A stretch of 64,000 nucleotides of DNA, from assembly GCA_047495785.1 (NCBI GenBank), contig JBLDXI010000063.1:248001-312000 (forward strand), read 5' to 3'. Source of the stretch: Lepidodermella squamata. Its lineage: Eukaryota; Animalia; Gastrotricha. The position numbers and the translations under genes are program-made. The notes below the pieces were generated by a model. It searched no databases, was not told the origin of the DNA, and worked only from the letters and a program-made list of their open reading frames with translations. Below, piece after piece: positions 45,534-58,100 of this stretch; the stretch's first letter is position 1, and every line of letters starts with the position of its first letter.

Positions 45534-46118
45534 ATGTCAGCAGCTGACGTGTTACCACCAGCAGCGATTAGCAACGGCGAAGAAGCTGCTTCTAGCGATC
45601 ACGCTGACGAAGAAAGCGACGCGAGAGAGGCTGAGGCGGAACGCAGTGCCGAGGAAGCATCGCACCAGCCTCTCGCCGCTCGCCTCGAATGGGCGGAGAA
45701 AAACTACCGCAACCGACTAGACACTGACATAGACGCACTTCACAAAACAGCTTTCTTAGCTGCTCACGTCGGCCGCTACCCCCTCAATCGGCTGTTGTGT
45801 TTGGCAGCGTGCTACGCGAATAGCGTCGTTCTTGGATGCCGTTACCCGGCTGGCGTGATGGCGGAACTGCAACGCGTCGAGGAAGACACAATCAACGGTG
45901 GTTTTTTGGAGCCTGAAATGGGCCGTGTACTTACTTGATTGCTTTACGTACTACATTTAGCTGTCGAAGCGCTGTTGAACAACAAGGAGAAGCCGCAGCA
46001 GCATCTGCGCGGTCGGCGGCGAGCCCGACGGAGAAACAACGACGCGGACGAAGACGGCGACGAGGCAATGGCCGACGGCAATGACGACGAGGCAGCAGCT
46101 GCTTCTGAATCTACATAG
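45534..46118 (+). CDS. XRN2-binding domain (XTBD) protein, PAXT-1/CDKN2AIPNL-like. Exons 45534-45897, 45961-46118
   Basis: FLAAHVGRYPLNRLLCLAACYANSVVLGCRYPAGVM matches the XTBD pattern (..LL.L...AN...LGCxY). 63-nt phase-1 intron, AATAAA at about 46222. Confidence 0.75.
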
Positions 46119-47860
46119 CTGCCTGCTCCTCATCCTCCTGCGGCTTCTAGTCTGTGTTCTTCTTCTTTCTTTTGTGAGAAAACGACCAAACTGAAATACT
46201 TCTTGCATATTTTTGATTTGCAATAAAAACCAAATGATGAAAGTGTCATATCATTGTATCTTTATTTTGTATTTCTCTCTGCTTTTTTGCCCAGTTCTTG
46301 CAATCCGTTGCGGTGCAATTTTCATCATAGAACAAAGATGATCAACGTACAATTATCAATCGGCGTCATCCATCTGTCGACATAAAATAGTAATTTGTTT
46401 CACTAGTACGTAGTAGTAGTAGTAAAAGATGCTGCTGTAAATTGTGTATGCTCATCGACGATGAATATCAATGCGTAAATATAATGCGATGCGATATAAT
46501 CGAATACTTGCCATAGAGCGAGGCGATTTCTTATCAATCAAATCAGCCAAAATATAGAATTCCGTAAGTAAAACTTCCGTAAGTATTTGACGAGCTTGCA
46601 CGAAGCGACGAACACACGGCGACGTCGACTCGCGTACGTTGTATGCTGTAACAGTTGCGTTTTGCCGTAGTAGTAGTAGTAGTAGTAGTACAAGTACTAG
46701 AAGAAGAAGTAGTAAAATCACTCGCGTAAAGAAACAAACGATACAGAGAGCACAGCATTGAAAGCATCCAACTTCCCCCGTTCGTACATATGGTACATAT
46801 GGTTTGTTTATAGGTACTATAGGTCAACGTTTTGTTATAGGCTGTTGGTTCGCAATTTCACTCGAATCGCCAAGAATTGCCACATCGAGTGCTGCAATAT
46901 TCGTAGAAAATATAGATAATAGCAATTACCTTGTGATATTTCATAATCGTAAAAAATGCGCGGATAATCATCAAGTTATCATATACTCAGTTTCAATTTA
47001 AGTATCTCTGTTCATTGCAGAATCAAGAGAGAGAGAGAGAGAGAGAGCGAGAGATTGATTATAAATTATTAACGGCGCGATTGCTAATTGTTATTATCAT
47101 GAATATAATATAGGAACAATGATTTGATCTCGCTGAGAACATTTACGTAAAAATCATATAGCAATCAACACTTTCAGTTGTTTTAAGTAAAAGTTATAGG
47201 TACAGAAAGCAATCGGCGCCTTTCGAAGAAAAAATACTTACATACATGTACCTTCACACACGCACACACGCAGACACTCAGTCGTTGTAGGTCGGTTAGA
47301 TTAAAACCGATGACATATAAGTATAATAACTGTTGTTGCTGTAGTTGCTGGTTATCATATGCGTACAAAAATAGCGCTGCTATCAAAATAATTGATGACG
47401 GTAGACAGAGAAGAAGAAGAAGTATAGAAGAAAGCAGGCGGCGAGCGATCAAAGTTCGCCGTTCATTTTTTCATGTTCGCATGAATAGAATAATAATAAT
47501 AATAATATGTGTGAAGAAGAAGCAAAAATGTGGACGGTCGATCATCGATTTGAACATCGTCCTGGCCAGCAAAAATCGCAGCCATTAACAATTGCGATCA
47601 AGTTATCAAGTAGAGGCATCTCTCGAATATACCTACCCCGTATCCGTATCCGTACTTACTGCAAAGTAGCGTGCAAAAGCAGTAGTAGGTGCGGTAGGTA
47701 TAATTTTTTTAATTAATAGTATAACACGAGGCAGGCGCGGCAGTGGCGTTGCGTTGATGACACACGTGGCTGCTGATTGATGTACATAGAGTAGAAGAAG
47801 AGGAGGTTGGTTGTACACCCACACTGTTACACGTAGAAACACACACCGTTGTTGCTATTG

Positions 47861-49420
47861 TCACCGTTGTTGTATTTGCTTGGCGTTGGCCTTGACGAAG
47901 TTCTGGAACACGGCGGATTGCAAGAAGCGCTGGTAGGAGTCCCGCTCCATGAGCGCGCGGATGCGGCGCTGCGCTTGCGCGAACGTGTCGCGGCCCGGCG
48001 CCGACATGAGCTGCGCGCACTGGATGCGCGTGCCCGCGTCCAAGTTGATCTCTTTCGGCGCCAGCTCGGTGACAAAGTTCTCGAAGATCTCGCGCGCCAT
48101 GTCCTCGACCTGCGAGTCGGGCAGCGCGCGATAATTCTCGCAGGCGATCCAAAATTCTATGTTCTCCTCACTGAACTCGGAGCGCAGAAACTGCCGGAAC
48201 AGGTCTAGACCCACTGTTCATTGTTGCACGAAAACAAACAGAAAAAACAAAACAAAGTTTAGAATATCGTATGAGCGTATTATCGCCGTGTAAAGTAGTA
48301 AGAGTTTTGTCTAGACATTAGTCAACCAATATAGGTCCTATCGAGCTGTCTCTATCAGAAAATCTAAATGCTCAAGACTTGATATTATGCAATGTTTGTT
48401 ATCCCTCATCAAGGCCGCTTTGGCAACAAATGAGCAATTGGGAATTGGACTGGATTCTATGCCACCGATATTTAGCGGACATTGCAGCCGCACTTGAAAT
48501 TTTCACACAATTTTGTTTTCTAAAATTCGACGTTGGAACATGTGAAAACGCAAGCGAGCGAGCTGCTGAAAGTGAGCCGATGAGCGTCATCGAGTGCAAT
48601 GCATCGCTATAAATTAAGCAGCCATAAATTGCGATATCGGATTCAAATAGAGTGATGCGGCTTTTTACATCGCCATCACCGCCATCACCGCCACACAGGG
48701 TCACATTTCACGCTCATCGCAACGCGAAATGCGTCCGGGACTAAAAGCCACCACGGAGAACAATAATTCTGTTGCTGTGGTCTTTCAGATGATACTATAT
48801 GCTTCGGGGACTGATGGCAGCTGATGAACGCAATCTGCTTGGAATAACTGTCGTCGCTTTGGATCCCCTATACCCCTTAATCCGAGCTAATAATATTCCT
48901 AAGAAGATTTGCGAGGTCTAAGGCCAGCACATGGCTGCTGTCCGCGATGTCCAATGTTTTGGATAAAGAAACTTGACGAGTATTAATAGATGATGATAAC
49001 TTGCCTTTGTGCGAAAGAACGGCGTCGAAGGTTTGCATCCACGAGTCGACAGTCGCTTGCGTGACGGCGGCGATGTCGGCCGGCGTGACCGGGGCGCCGA
49101 CGAGCCGCGACTGCGCCTGCGCCGCCGACGCATCGCCGCCAGCAGCGCCGGCCGCTCCGGAGGCGCCGAGTGACGCGGCGGACGGGTGTGCGGAACCGAG
49201 CGCGGCCTGGCCGCCAGGCGCCGCCGCTGGTTTCTTGGTGAAGATGCCCTTCAAATCCTGTCCGCTGTTTGTACGTATACAATGGTTAACTTGAGATGAC
49301 AAATGATAATGATGATGACTTACATGGACTTTATTTTGTTGGACGAGGACATTTGTCGGCTGGCAGCGGCTTCATTGAACTGCGCCTGAACGGGCGGCAA
49401 AGTAAGACATCGTAGTATTG

Positions 49421-49456
<36 letters not shown>

Positions 49457-52400
49457 AGAGACGGCGCCATGTCGCAGCAGCTACTATGTGTGTGGTTTTT
49501 ATGTGTCTAGTATTTTATGTAGTAGTAGTAGTTGGTTCTAATATATTAGGATCAAGTCTTAGAAAAGAGGAGAAGAAGAAGAAGTCTAGACTCTAGATTA
49601 TTGGAATATTAGTCTCGCGCTGTAAAATACAGCAACAGCAGCAGCAGCAATAGCAGGAGGAGAAGAAGAAGATTGCAGTTGGTAGGCGACTACTCAGACT
49701 ACTCAGGTCGTTGAGATATCAAGAACGATGAGGCGCCACGAACAAGAAGAAGAAGACGATTGTAATGGTGTTGGTGATGATGATGATGATGAGCCGCGGC
49801 TACGGCAGGCGATGATGATGATGATGATGACGACGACAACAGCAGCAGCAGCAGCTCGCCGTATCGACGCGTCATGCGCTCATATCATCGACGGCGACAG
49901 TCGCAAGCAGCAGCGGCGGCGGCGTCGTCGGCGTCGGTAACCAGCGAAAGCAGCAGCAGCAGCAGCACACGTAACGTAATTCGCTATCTATCTCGTGTAA
50001 TCGTGTTTCTATACACTAACAATAGCTATTTAAATGACACATAGATAGATAGATGCATGGATGCATGGATAGCTCATGCATATCGCACGACACCAAGACG
50101 AATCAATCGCGCATTCTTCGCCGCCGTTCATACAAAGCGATAATAATGATAATGATGATGATGGCTATAAAAAGTTTTGGGGGTTCTGCTCTAATAGTCA
50201 GCAGAAAAATGAATAATAATATGCTAATGGGCAGGTAGTATCTATCGTTCATCGTCGTCGTCGCCGCCGCGCAGCCCAAATGACGCCGAAATGACAACGG
50301 CATTTGCGCTTAAAGATGAGCAATTCGAATTTTATTTATTGCGCGACTCGATTTGGGAGGCTGCGGCGGCGGCGGCGGCTGCGGCGAAGAAAGCCAGCGA
50401 TCGACCGACCGACCGACCGACCGACCAACTGAGTGAGTGACTGACTGAGCAAGCGAACGAACTAACGAACGAGTGAGTGAGTGACTGCACAGCGCATCGC
50501 ATCGCCGCGGCTTATTGCATTACGGCGCCGCGCTGCGCTGCGACGACGACGACGGCAAAGTCGGCGCCGGCGAGTTCGGGCGAGCGAGCGACGCATGGCT
50601 GGCGATCGCGTGTGTTCGCTCAACTGGCACGACTCACTGACTGACTCGATAGTACGACAACGGCAACGACGACGACGACGACGACGCAGAGCGATGAGCC
50701 GGCGCTAATACAGCAGCAGCAGCAGCAGCAGTACCTAGTGTAGTCGTAGCAATCGTCGTCGTCGTAGTCGTAATAGTAGTAGTCGTAGTAGTAGTATTCG
50801 CCGCCGTCGTAAGTGCAATGAATGGCAGCAGCAGCAGCAACAGGCGCATCGCAGCGCACTCGTCGTCGTCGCCGATGCGCGCGCGCGCGATCGATCGATC
50901 GATCTCAGCAGCCCTGCGCACTGTCTACGAACTGTAAAGCGGACGGCGCATCGATATATCGATCGCCATCAGCACTGCAATCGTAGCAGCAGCAGCAGTA
51001 GTAGTAGTAGTAGTGGTTTTACTCTACTACATCCAGGCTGTGTGTGTGTGATAGAAATAGCAGAGCACTTGCGCATATCAGCCAGGCAGGCAGCAGCCAG
51101 CGGAGCAGAATCGGAGCACGACAAGAACGACGACGACGACGACGACAGCGGCGGCGGCATCACAGGCGCAGGCAGAGAAAGACGCGGCTGCGGCGGCGGC
51201 GGCGGCGGCTGTTTGTGGTGAATACTCGAGCACTCTGAATGACGGCGATGAAAGCATCCGCGACGGCGGCTCTACTGCGATTCGCCGCCGATGACCAAGG
51301 TGCGTGCGGCAATTTGTCGCTGAATACTGCTTCTGCTGCTGCGCCATTTTCGTCGTCGTCGTAGTCGTCGGCGGCGCAGTCAATGCCGAGCTGCTGCTGC
51401 TGATCAATATTATTATACACGTTTCGCACATCGCAGCAGTATTAGCGCATCTATTCGCTTAACATAAATAGGCGACAGAGCGCGTCTAATTACACATAGC
51501 CAATCAATCAATCAATCAATCAATCGATCGATAACAATCGATAACAGTAATAACGCCGCCGCCTAGTGTTACACTGAAAAAAACCCTGGCCGAGTGGAGG
51601 CGGCAGCAGCAGCAGCAGCAGCAGGCTACCGAGGGCCTACGCGCGCTATTGCGAATAAGGAAGAGCAAGAATGAACAACCTGCTCTCGCCATTATACAAC
51701 ACAGCAGCAGTCGTTATAGAGAAGCTGCATCATCGCGTTGGCATCGCGGACCAAAAAATACGCAAACGCGTATAGAGCGAGCGATGGGCGTGATTGCGCG
51801 CAGAATACTTGTAATATACGCACACACGTGCGGCGGCGGCCTATAATCGGCGCAGCGGCGCAGTGGAATTGCGCATTGCGCCAGCCAGCGCCAGTCTCAC
51901 CGTCGAATGTCGAAGCAGGCTGGAATGCTTTGCAATGCCCGATATAGTAAGATGCTTTCGTATCGGTGGTGCTCTGAACACTCATCGCCGTTGATTATCT
52001 ATCTTTATTCTTGGACGATCAACAAGAAAAAGCAGAAGAAGAAGAAGAAGAAGAAGAAGAGAAAGAAGACGAAAAAAGAAAACGAGAGCGCGCGCGCGCA
52101 ATGATTATTGTAAGCAAATCGAACAAAGAACATGCAACGATCGCTGTGTGATGCGAACGAACGCCCAGCGGCGGCGGCTGCGGCGGCGGCGGCGCCAACG
52201 ATAAGCCGCCGCTGCCGCGCCGCCGAAGCCGCAACACGAAGCCGCAAGTGATAAGCGCATAAATAACACACAAATACCTCTATCGCATTACTACTACTAC
52301 TACTACTACTTCTACTAGGTAGATTCCAATCGCGTTACAGTACGAATATAGTATAGTACTTTAGTTGTAGCTTAAACATCAGCATCAGCAGCGCGTTTAT

Positions 52401-55180
52401 CAATAGGTAAATAGTAGTAATGAACTTACGGCGAGATCATTGAGTTCGTGCGCGCCCAACACGGCACCTGTTCGAACGAAACACAAAAAAAGCAACAACA
52501 ATAATAATTAGCATCAACATTGTATGTTGTATACATAGATCGCGATAGATAGATAGATAGATAGTTAGATAGTTAGATAGTCGAGGCACTTATCAAGCCG
52601 ATTATTGAACACGCAGATGGCGGCTGTAATACACGTGCACACGTGCTGCCACTGCTGGCTACTAGCTACTAGCTATACCTACTAACACTGCTCGCCTGAT
52701 TGTAGTTGGTCATTCGAATGCCCACGAATATAGCACTTGGAGGATTGAAGCCATACGAATAAGAGCTCAATTGCGACTTCAATCGCCAAGTGACCGCATT
52801 AGGACGAGCAATAAATACTTACATCGCAGCAGAAGTAATGCAACCAAACATGGGAAAGCTAAAATACTAACTGAACCTTTTGTGAGGAGAACCGAAGGTC
52901 ATTTTATGCATTGGAGAAGTAGCAGAGGCTCCGCAACGAACTTTGTATTTTCGATTATCTTGATTTCAAGACGGATGTGCTTCTTTCAATTTTAAATAAT
53001 GGTAACTAAAAACGGCACATTCCCTGAATATGATTTCCAAGTGCCAAGTTCGAACATTCGTGTCGAAACGTAATGTCAGAAAGCGTGAAATCGAAAGAGT
53101 ATCTCAAACATTTCGCCATTTTTCTGACAAAGGGTGCTCATAGTGCCACACTGACTGCATGGTCTACTGAGCTATATATACCTACACATGAATGTGCCAA
53201 CAAGCTCGTCATTTCATTATTCCAGTAAGTTAAGGGAAATGAACAAATAAAGATTATGCATAGCCCAATCTAAAAAGGTTCTACATAGTAAACTCGTTCG
53301 AAACGCACAGAGTTTAGCTGTTATTTATCGTGAGATTTTATTTCAACTCAGATGAACTCGCAGAAAGAAGCTACGAAAATTCTTCGCGTTATTGTTCTTA
53401 CTGAAATCAACTCAGATGAACCAGGATAAAGCTGTCAAAATGCTAGGTGATGGGTCTTGCGATTGGTCAAAACAAAGATTGCTCGATTTCCTGCAGCTGC
53501 TTCCTCTTCCTTCTCATTCTTCCTACTCTTCCTATCTCTCTTCCTTCTGTCTTCCTTTCATAGACAAATTCTGGCGTTTTGAGTCGCTGACCGCTGACCA
53601 ATCAGCTTTCGACAAATTTCATTTAAAAAATCATTAAGGCGCATTTACCACTATTTTGGTTGCTGTTTTGCCCATGCGGCAATTTTATTGTCGCGCACGC
53701 AAATAAAGTGTTTGTGTTTGTGTTTGCAAAACGCATAACAGAAATAAATGGCTAAAAAAGCGTAAAACAATAAGAACCCTTAACCCCGCATCTTACTCAG
53801 ATAAAACTGTCGACAAGCTTCGTGGCAAGGCGCGGGCACAGACTACCGAATGACAAATACTGATTAAAAAAAATTGTTACATGGACGCCGCAGCAACAAC
53901 AAAACAGGATGCGGTGACATATTATGCTGACGGGAAATCGTCGTCGGTGCGGCCAAAATTATTATGTCCATACAAAATCGAAAATCGTAAGATTTTTACA
54001 GTTTCGGGCTCAGAGGAATTCAACGCCGGTCATTATTCTGAAACCCGCATCTCAAAATTCGCCAGGGTTCAAAAGTATCATGTCTACTTTCGTGCCTTTT
54101 TTGCTAGGTCACTTTGTAGGCTGAATCAACAGTAATATGTTCGAAAAGGACACCAAAAGTTCAGCAAAAAATCACTCAATCGCGAGCAAAATGGTGATGT
54201 AAAAATCGCCGAAAAGTAGACGCATGCATGAGGAATCGAACCACAGCAGTGCGATATATCGATGCCAAGTGGAACAAATAATCGTCTTCGTCCATTTAAA
54301 AAAATAGAATAGCTGAAAAAATGTATGTGGGCATGAGGAATCGAACCGCGACCTAACAAAACCTATCAACCATAATGCAAATAAGTACAAAACATTAATA
54401 TGTCGAACGCATGTCTCGATGGCGCGGAAACGGTGCATCACCGGCAAAAATGGTCGGCGCCATTCGATCCGCCGTGATCAACTACCCGGCCATGCTACCC
54501 GGCTCAGTGACATATTTCATTACTGAAAATTGTTATATTATTAGGTTTTATGATTTCTGCCGCTATCTTCTGATACAGGTGCCTCGCTCAATTAATAAAA
54601 GGCTACGAACTAAGTAAATGGCTATAAGTAAAATGACAGATAACTTACTTGACGGGCTGTGTTCGAACTCGCCGCCGAAATCGAGCACCGGAATGAGGGC
54701 GAGGCGGCGCGACGGGCCCTGCGACGCCGAGTTGCGCCTCGCCGCGTCCGCCGCCGCCGATCCACCAGACGCGGCGTGGTCGGCGGCCGAGTGGCGGCTG
54801 CCGCGGGCCGACGACGCGTTGCGCATCGACCCGCCCCCGCCTCCGCCAGCAGCAGATGACGATGAGTTGGAAGACGAGCCGCCGCCGCCGCCGCCGAACA
54901 GCTTCTTGAGCGACGACCCAGGCCCACCTGAACTCGAGCTCATGAGCGGCGGTTTCGACACTACAGCAGTGGAAGCAGTAGCAGTACTGGTGCTGGTCGC
55001 TTGCGGTGGGTTCGACGCGGTTTTGCTCAGCGCCGCCAGCAATCCGATGCTGCTGCTGCTGCCGCCGCGATGACTAGCGCTCGGCGGTGTTGACGCGCCA
55101 GTTTTGCTTCCTGCACTGCTGCTGTTGTTACTATTGTTAGCTGCACTGACGGACGATGATGGTGACGGTTTCGACGCCAT
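47861..55180 (-). CDS. Regulator of G-protein signalling, R4 (RGS3/4/5)-like. Exons 55180-54649, 52467-52430, 49385-49324, 49264-49005, 48213-47861
   Basis: RGS box WMQTFDAVLSHK|VGLDLFRQFLRSEFSEENIEFWIACENY...APKEINLD...FAQAQRRIRALMERDSYQRFLQS. Exon phases are consistent (1,0,2,1). The last intron is GC-AG. The two upstream exons are less certain. Confidence 0.85.
48741..48875 (+). ncRNA. Candidate H/ACA-like two-hairpin RNA
   Basis: Hairpin (48741-48788), then ATACTA (ANANNA), then hairpin (48806-48868) with three G-U pairs, then ATA. 135 nt long, but antisense to the host RGS intron. Confidence 0.25.
49421..52320. repeat. Dense microsatellite field ((TAG)n, (CAG)n, (GAC)n, (GAT)n, (CCGA)n, (AATC)n, (GAA)n) in an RGS intron
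   Basis: For example (TAG)n at 49421-49455, (CCGA)n near 50402-50426, (GAA)n near 52034-52058. Confidence 0.85.
54227..54347 (-). repeat. Two copies of a tRNA B-box-like 16-mer (GGTTCGATTCCTCATG), possible decayed tRNA-SINE
   Basis: catgaggaatcgaacc at 54227 and 54332 (105-bp spacing); no intact cloverleaf. Confidence 0.4.
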
Positions 55181-58100
55181 CCGTCAAGATGCGAATGGAT
55201 GAGAAAAAAAGAGAAGGAAATCAATGAGAATACAGCCAGCAATGGCAGTTAAAATCGCAGCCGAGCGGCTGATTCGCCGCGCTGCTGCACCTCAACGATG
55301 CCCTGATGATGATCATTATTAAGAAGATAGTTGTAGTAGAAGTGCTTGTCGCCGCCAGCCTCACCGCCTGCCGCCGTACACCTGCTCACCATCGTCGTCA
55401 TCATCGTCATCATTATCTTCAACTTGGCCATGTTGCGCGCTCAGCAAGGTAAAATAATGACGGCCATGTAAAACGTGGGGGGGGGGGGGGCAATACTTGT
55501 TGTATCACTTCGCAAACGGAAAATACGCCTCGATATAGGAAAAATAAAATAAAACACAGAACACCTATACGTTTAAACGAATCAAATAAAAAAACACAAT
55601 TATGTAATGAATAACAACGGGCAAGATGCGATTTACAATATATACAGCGTGTCCATCTAGTAAACGCGAACAAAGAAAATGCAGAAGCAAAAAGCAGAAA
55701 ATTCCAATTGCCCTATGCGATGAATGGTAATCAAGTATGAAACTCTTCAGTTGACAAAAATCCAGAAAAGGTTAAACCGGGTAAAATACCGATAAAAAAT
55801 ATCGAACCCAGTCGCTAATAGGCTTTACTGATGCATTTTCTGTGAACAATAAATTCAAATTTTCCTCTGTGAAATGACGGCTAAAGGATGGGAGATGCTC
55901 TACGTAGGTTTAATTTCAAGAAAATGAAATATCAGTTGCTTAATGAGAGAGCTCATTACCTATAGGTACGTATTGGACACGAACGGTATAGCGGAACGAA
56001 ATTTCCAAAACTTGTAGCCTTTGTAATAATTCTAAGAATAGTAATAAAAATTGCAGACAGCCCGCAGCTGAATAGGAATTATGACAAATAATTTATCCTG
56101 AAATTGCTATAGGATTTAAACTCTTTCGCTCTTTCTAGTTAGGTTAAGGACCAGAGCAGAACAGGCTTGATTAGCCTGCCGATATCGGTCCAGATATGGT
56201 TCAAGTTCAGGCTATGTATACAAGCATTCATCGCGAGCATAATAAAAATAAAAATATTTTGATACTCGCCAAAGGCAGCTTCACGTGAGCTTCTTCAGAT
56301 ACTTAATCCTGCAATAATGTAGCAGACAACCATCCACTTGGTCAGTAGGTTGAAAAAAGCTATATACGTACGCTTCCATTTCAGAAGCAATACTTATTAG
56401 AAACTGATGATGATGACAATTTTTATAAAAGCCAAATAATTCGGCGTGATAAACATTGCGGCCGATTGATCAGCGATTGAGGTATACAGCCTAAGCGTGA
56501 AAGTAGGCGAATTGTACGACAGCTATGACTTAATGCTCCCTCGAAAAGATGAAATTCGTAATAATAATAATAATATTATTATCCTGGGCTTTAATATACT
56601 ACGGTTCTCCTAAAAAGATTCCAATTGTCTTCCATGGAAACTGCGACGCGTGGGGTTCCTAATAAGCCGAAGTTAGACGCATGCTTAATTTTATAAGAAT
56701 CCTGCTGGTAATAATCATTAAAGTGCTAATGTTATGGATCATTGAAGCATCAGTGCGGTTGACGAAAGGTGAAAAATCGGAGATCAAAGAGGTTCGAAAC
56801 TTGAAATAATCAAGTCTTGATGGCTTTTCAGCTTTCTGACTGACTGGTCGAACAGTGTATAGCTTTGATGGATGCGAAAATTAGGCTACCTATATACCTA
56901 GGGCCTAGGGTAGCAGGAAAGCCAGTGTTTGGGAACGAGCCAGCTCAGATTGATTGCTCAACTAAAAGCCTATACTGCTGCTGCTGCTGCTCAGATACCT
57001 AATATGAAATCTGAGGATAGGTACCTAGGTAGCTGAAAGCGCATTACGATGACTGTTTATTAGGTGTGCATTCACGAATTATATAATAGAGTGTTGCGCG
57101 AAAGCTTGAAACACTTTACAAAGCCACATCCTGATTTCTGAGCACTCATCAAACGAACGAACGAACGAACGAACGAACGACAAAACGGCATCGATTTGTC
57201 ATCATATACAGATCATGCTGCACAACAATTTGACTGCTGTTATGAGCAGGTATGCGAACGGCTGGCTGCTATTCATGGGCGCTGGGATATTACCTATACA
57301 AAATATTTTTATTTGCAATCACTCTGCGCCACCCGAGACTACTCTGCTCGATATGATTGCTGTTCGTGCGTCTCGTGCGTGGCACAGATCGGCGGCAATC
57401 AAGCCGAAAAATCGCTCCTCGAATGAATGCGACTACTCGCGCACTAGGTTTTAAACCCCATAGGTATAAATAATAATGCTGCCTGTATGCTAATACCTAA
57501 CACGCTAGCTAGTTAGTTCGATAGCGCAGAAATGAGACACACCCGCTTACAAGAACGATGGAATTCAATAATGGGGTCATCTCATTGCCACTCATCGTCA
57601 TAAATAATAATAACGACATGATCGTAAAACATAATAATTGGTATTGCGCTAATTAGCGCACTTTTTTCACGAACTTGCTGAACGAAGTTGTCGCTGCTGC
57701 TTCGGCGCCGATTTGCTCAGCGACACGCGGCCGCCCGCAACCATGAATGAATTAGCAAGCGTAAAATACTTGAATATGTCGTAGTACTTATGCGTATGTA
57801 TAGTTAGTGACACGCCAAGTGCCACGGCTCGCAGCAACTATAGCAGTCGATGATGGTGAAGATGACGGACGGATGGATGGCAAAGTCATCATCGCATCGC
57901 TTTTGCGTGCCGCCGCTGCTGCCGTGATTGCAGCCGCCGAACCAGCCAGCCAGCCAGCCAGCAAGCCGGCAAACCAGCGAACGAGCTAGCTAGCGAAGCA
58001 GCCACTCGACAGCGGCGGCGGCGACGGCTGCGACGACGGCAACTGAGCGTGTGCGCGCGTGCGCCCGCATGCAAAATCGAAAAAGAAAACTGAAAAAAAT

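Noticed and set aside
48300-48880. Telomerase RNA (H/ACA 3' domain)
   Set aside because: No CCCTAA-type template upstream of the hairpins
50620-50859. Poly-Cys ORF as an RZ-family RGS cysteine string
   Set aside because: It is a (CAG)n microsatellite with no splice route into the RGS exons, and the RGS box looks R4-like
54227-54380. Functional tRNA gene
   Set aside because: B-box only; no acceptor or anticodon stems
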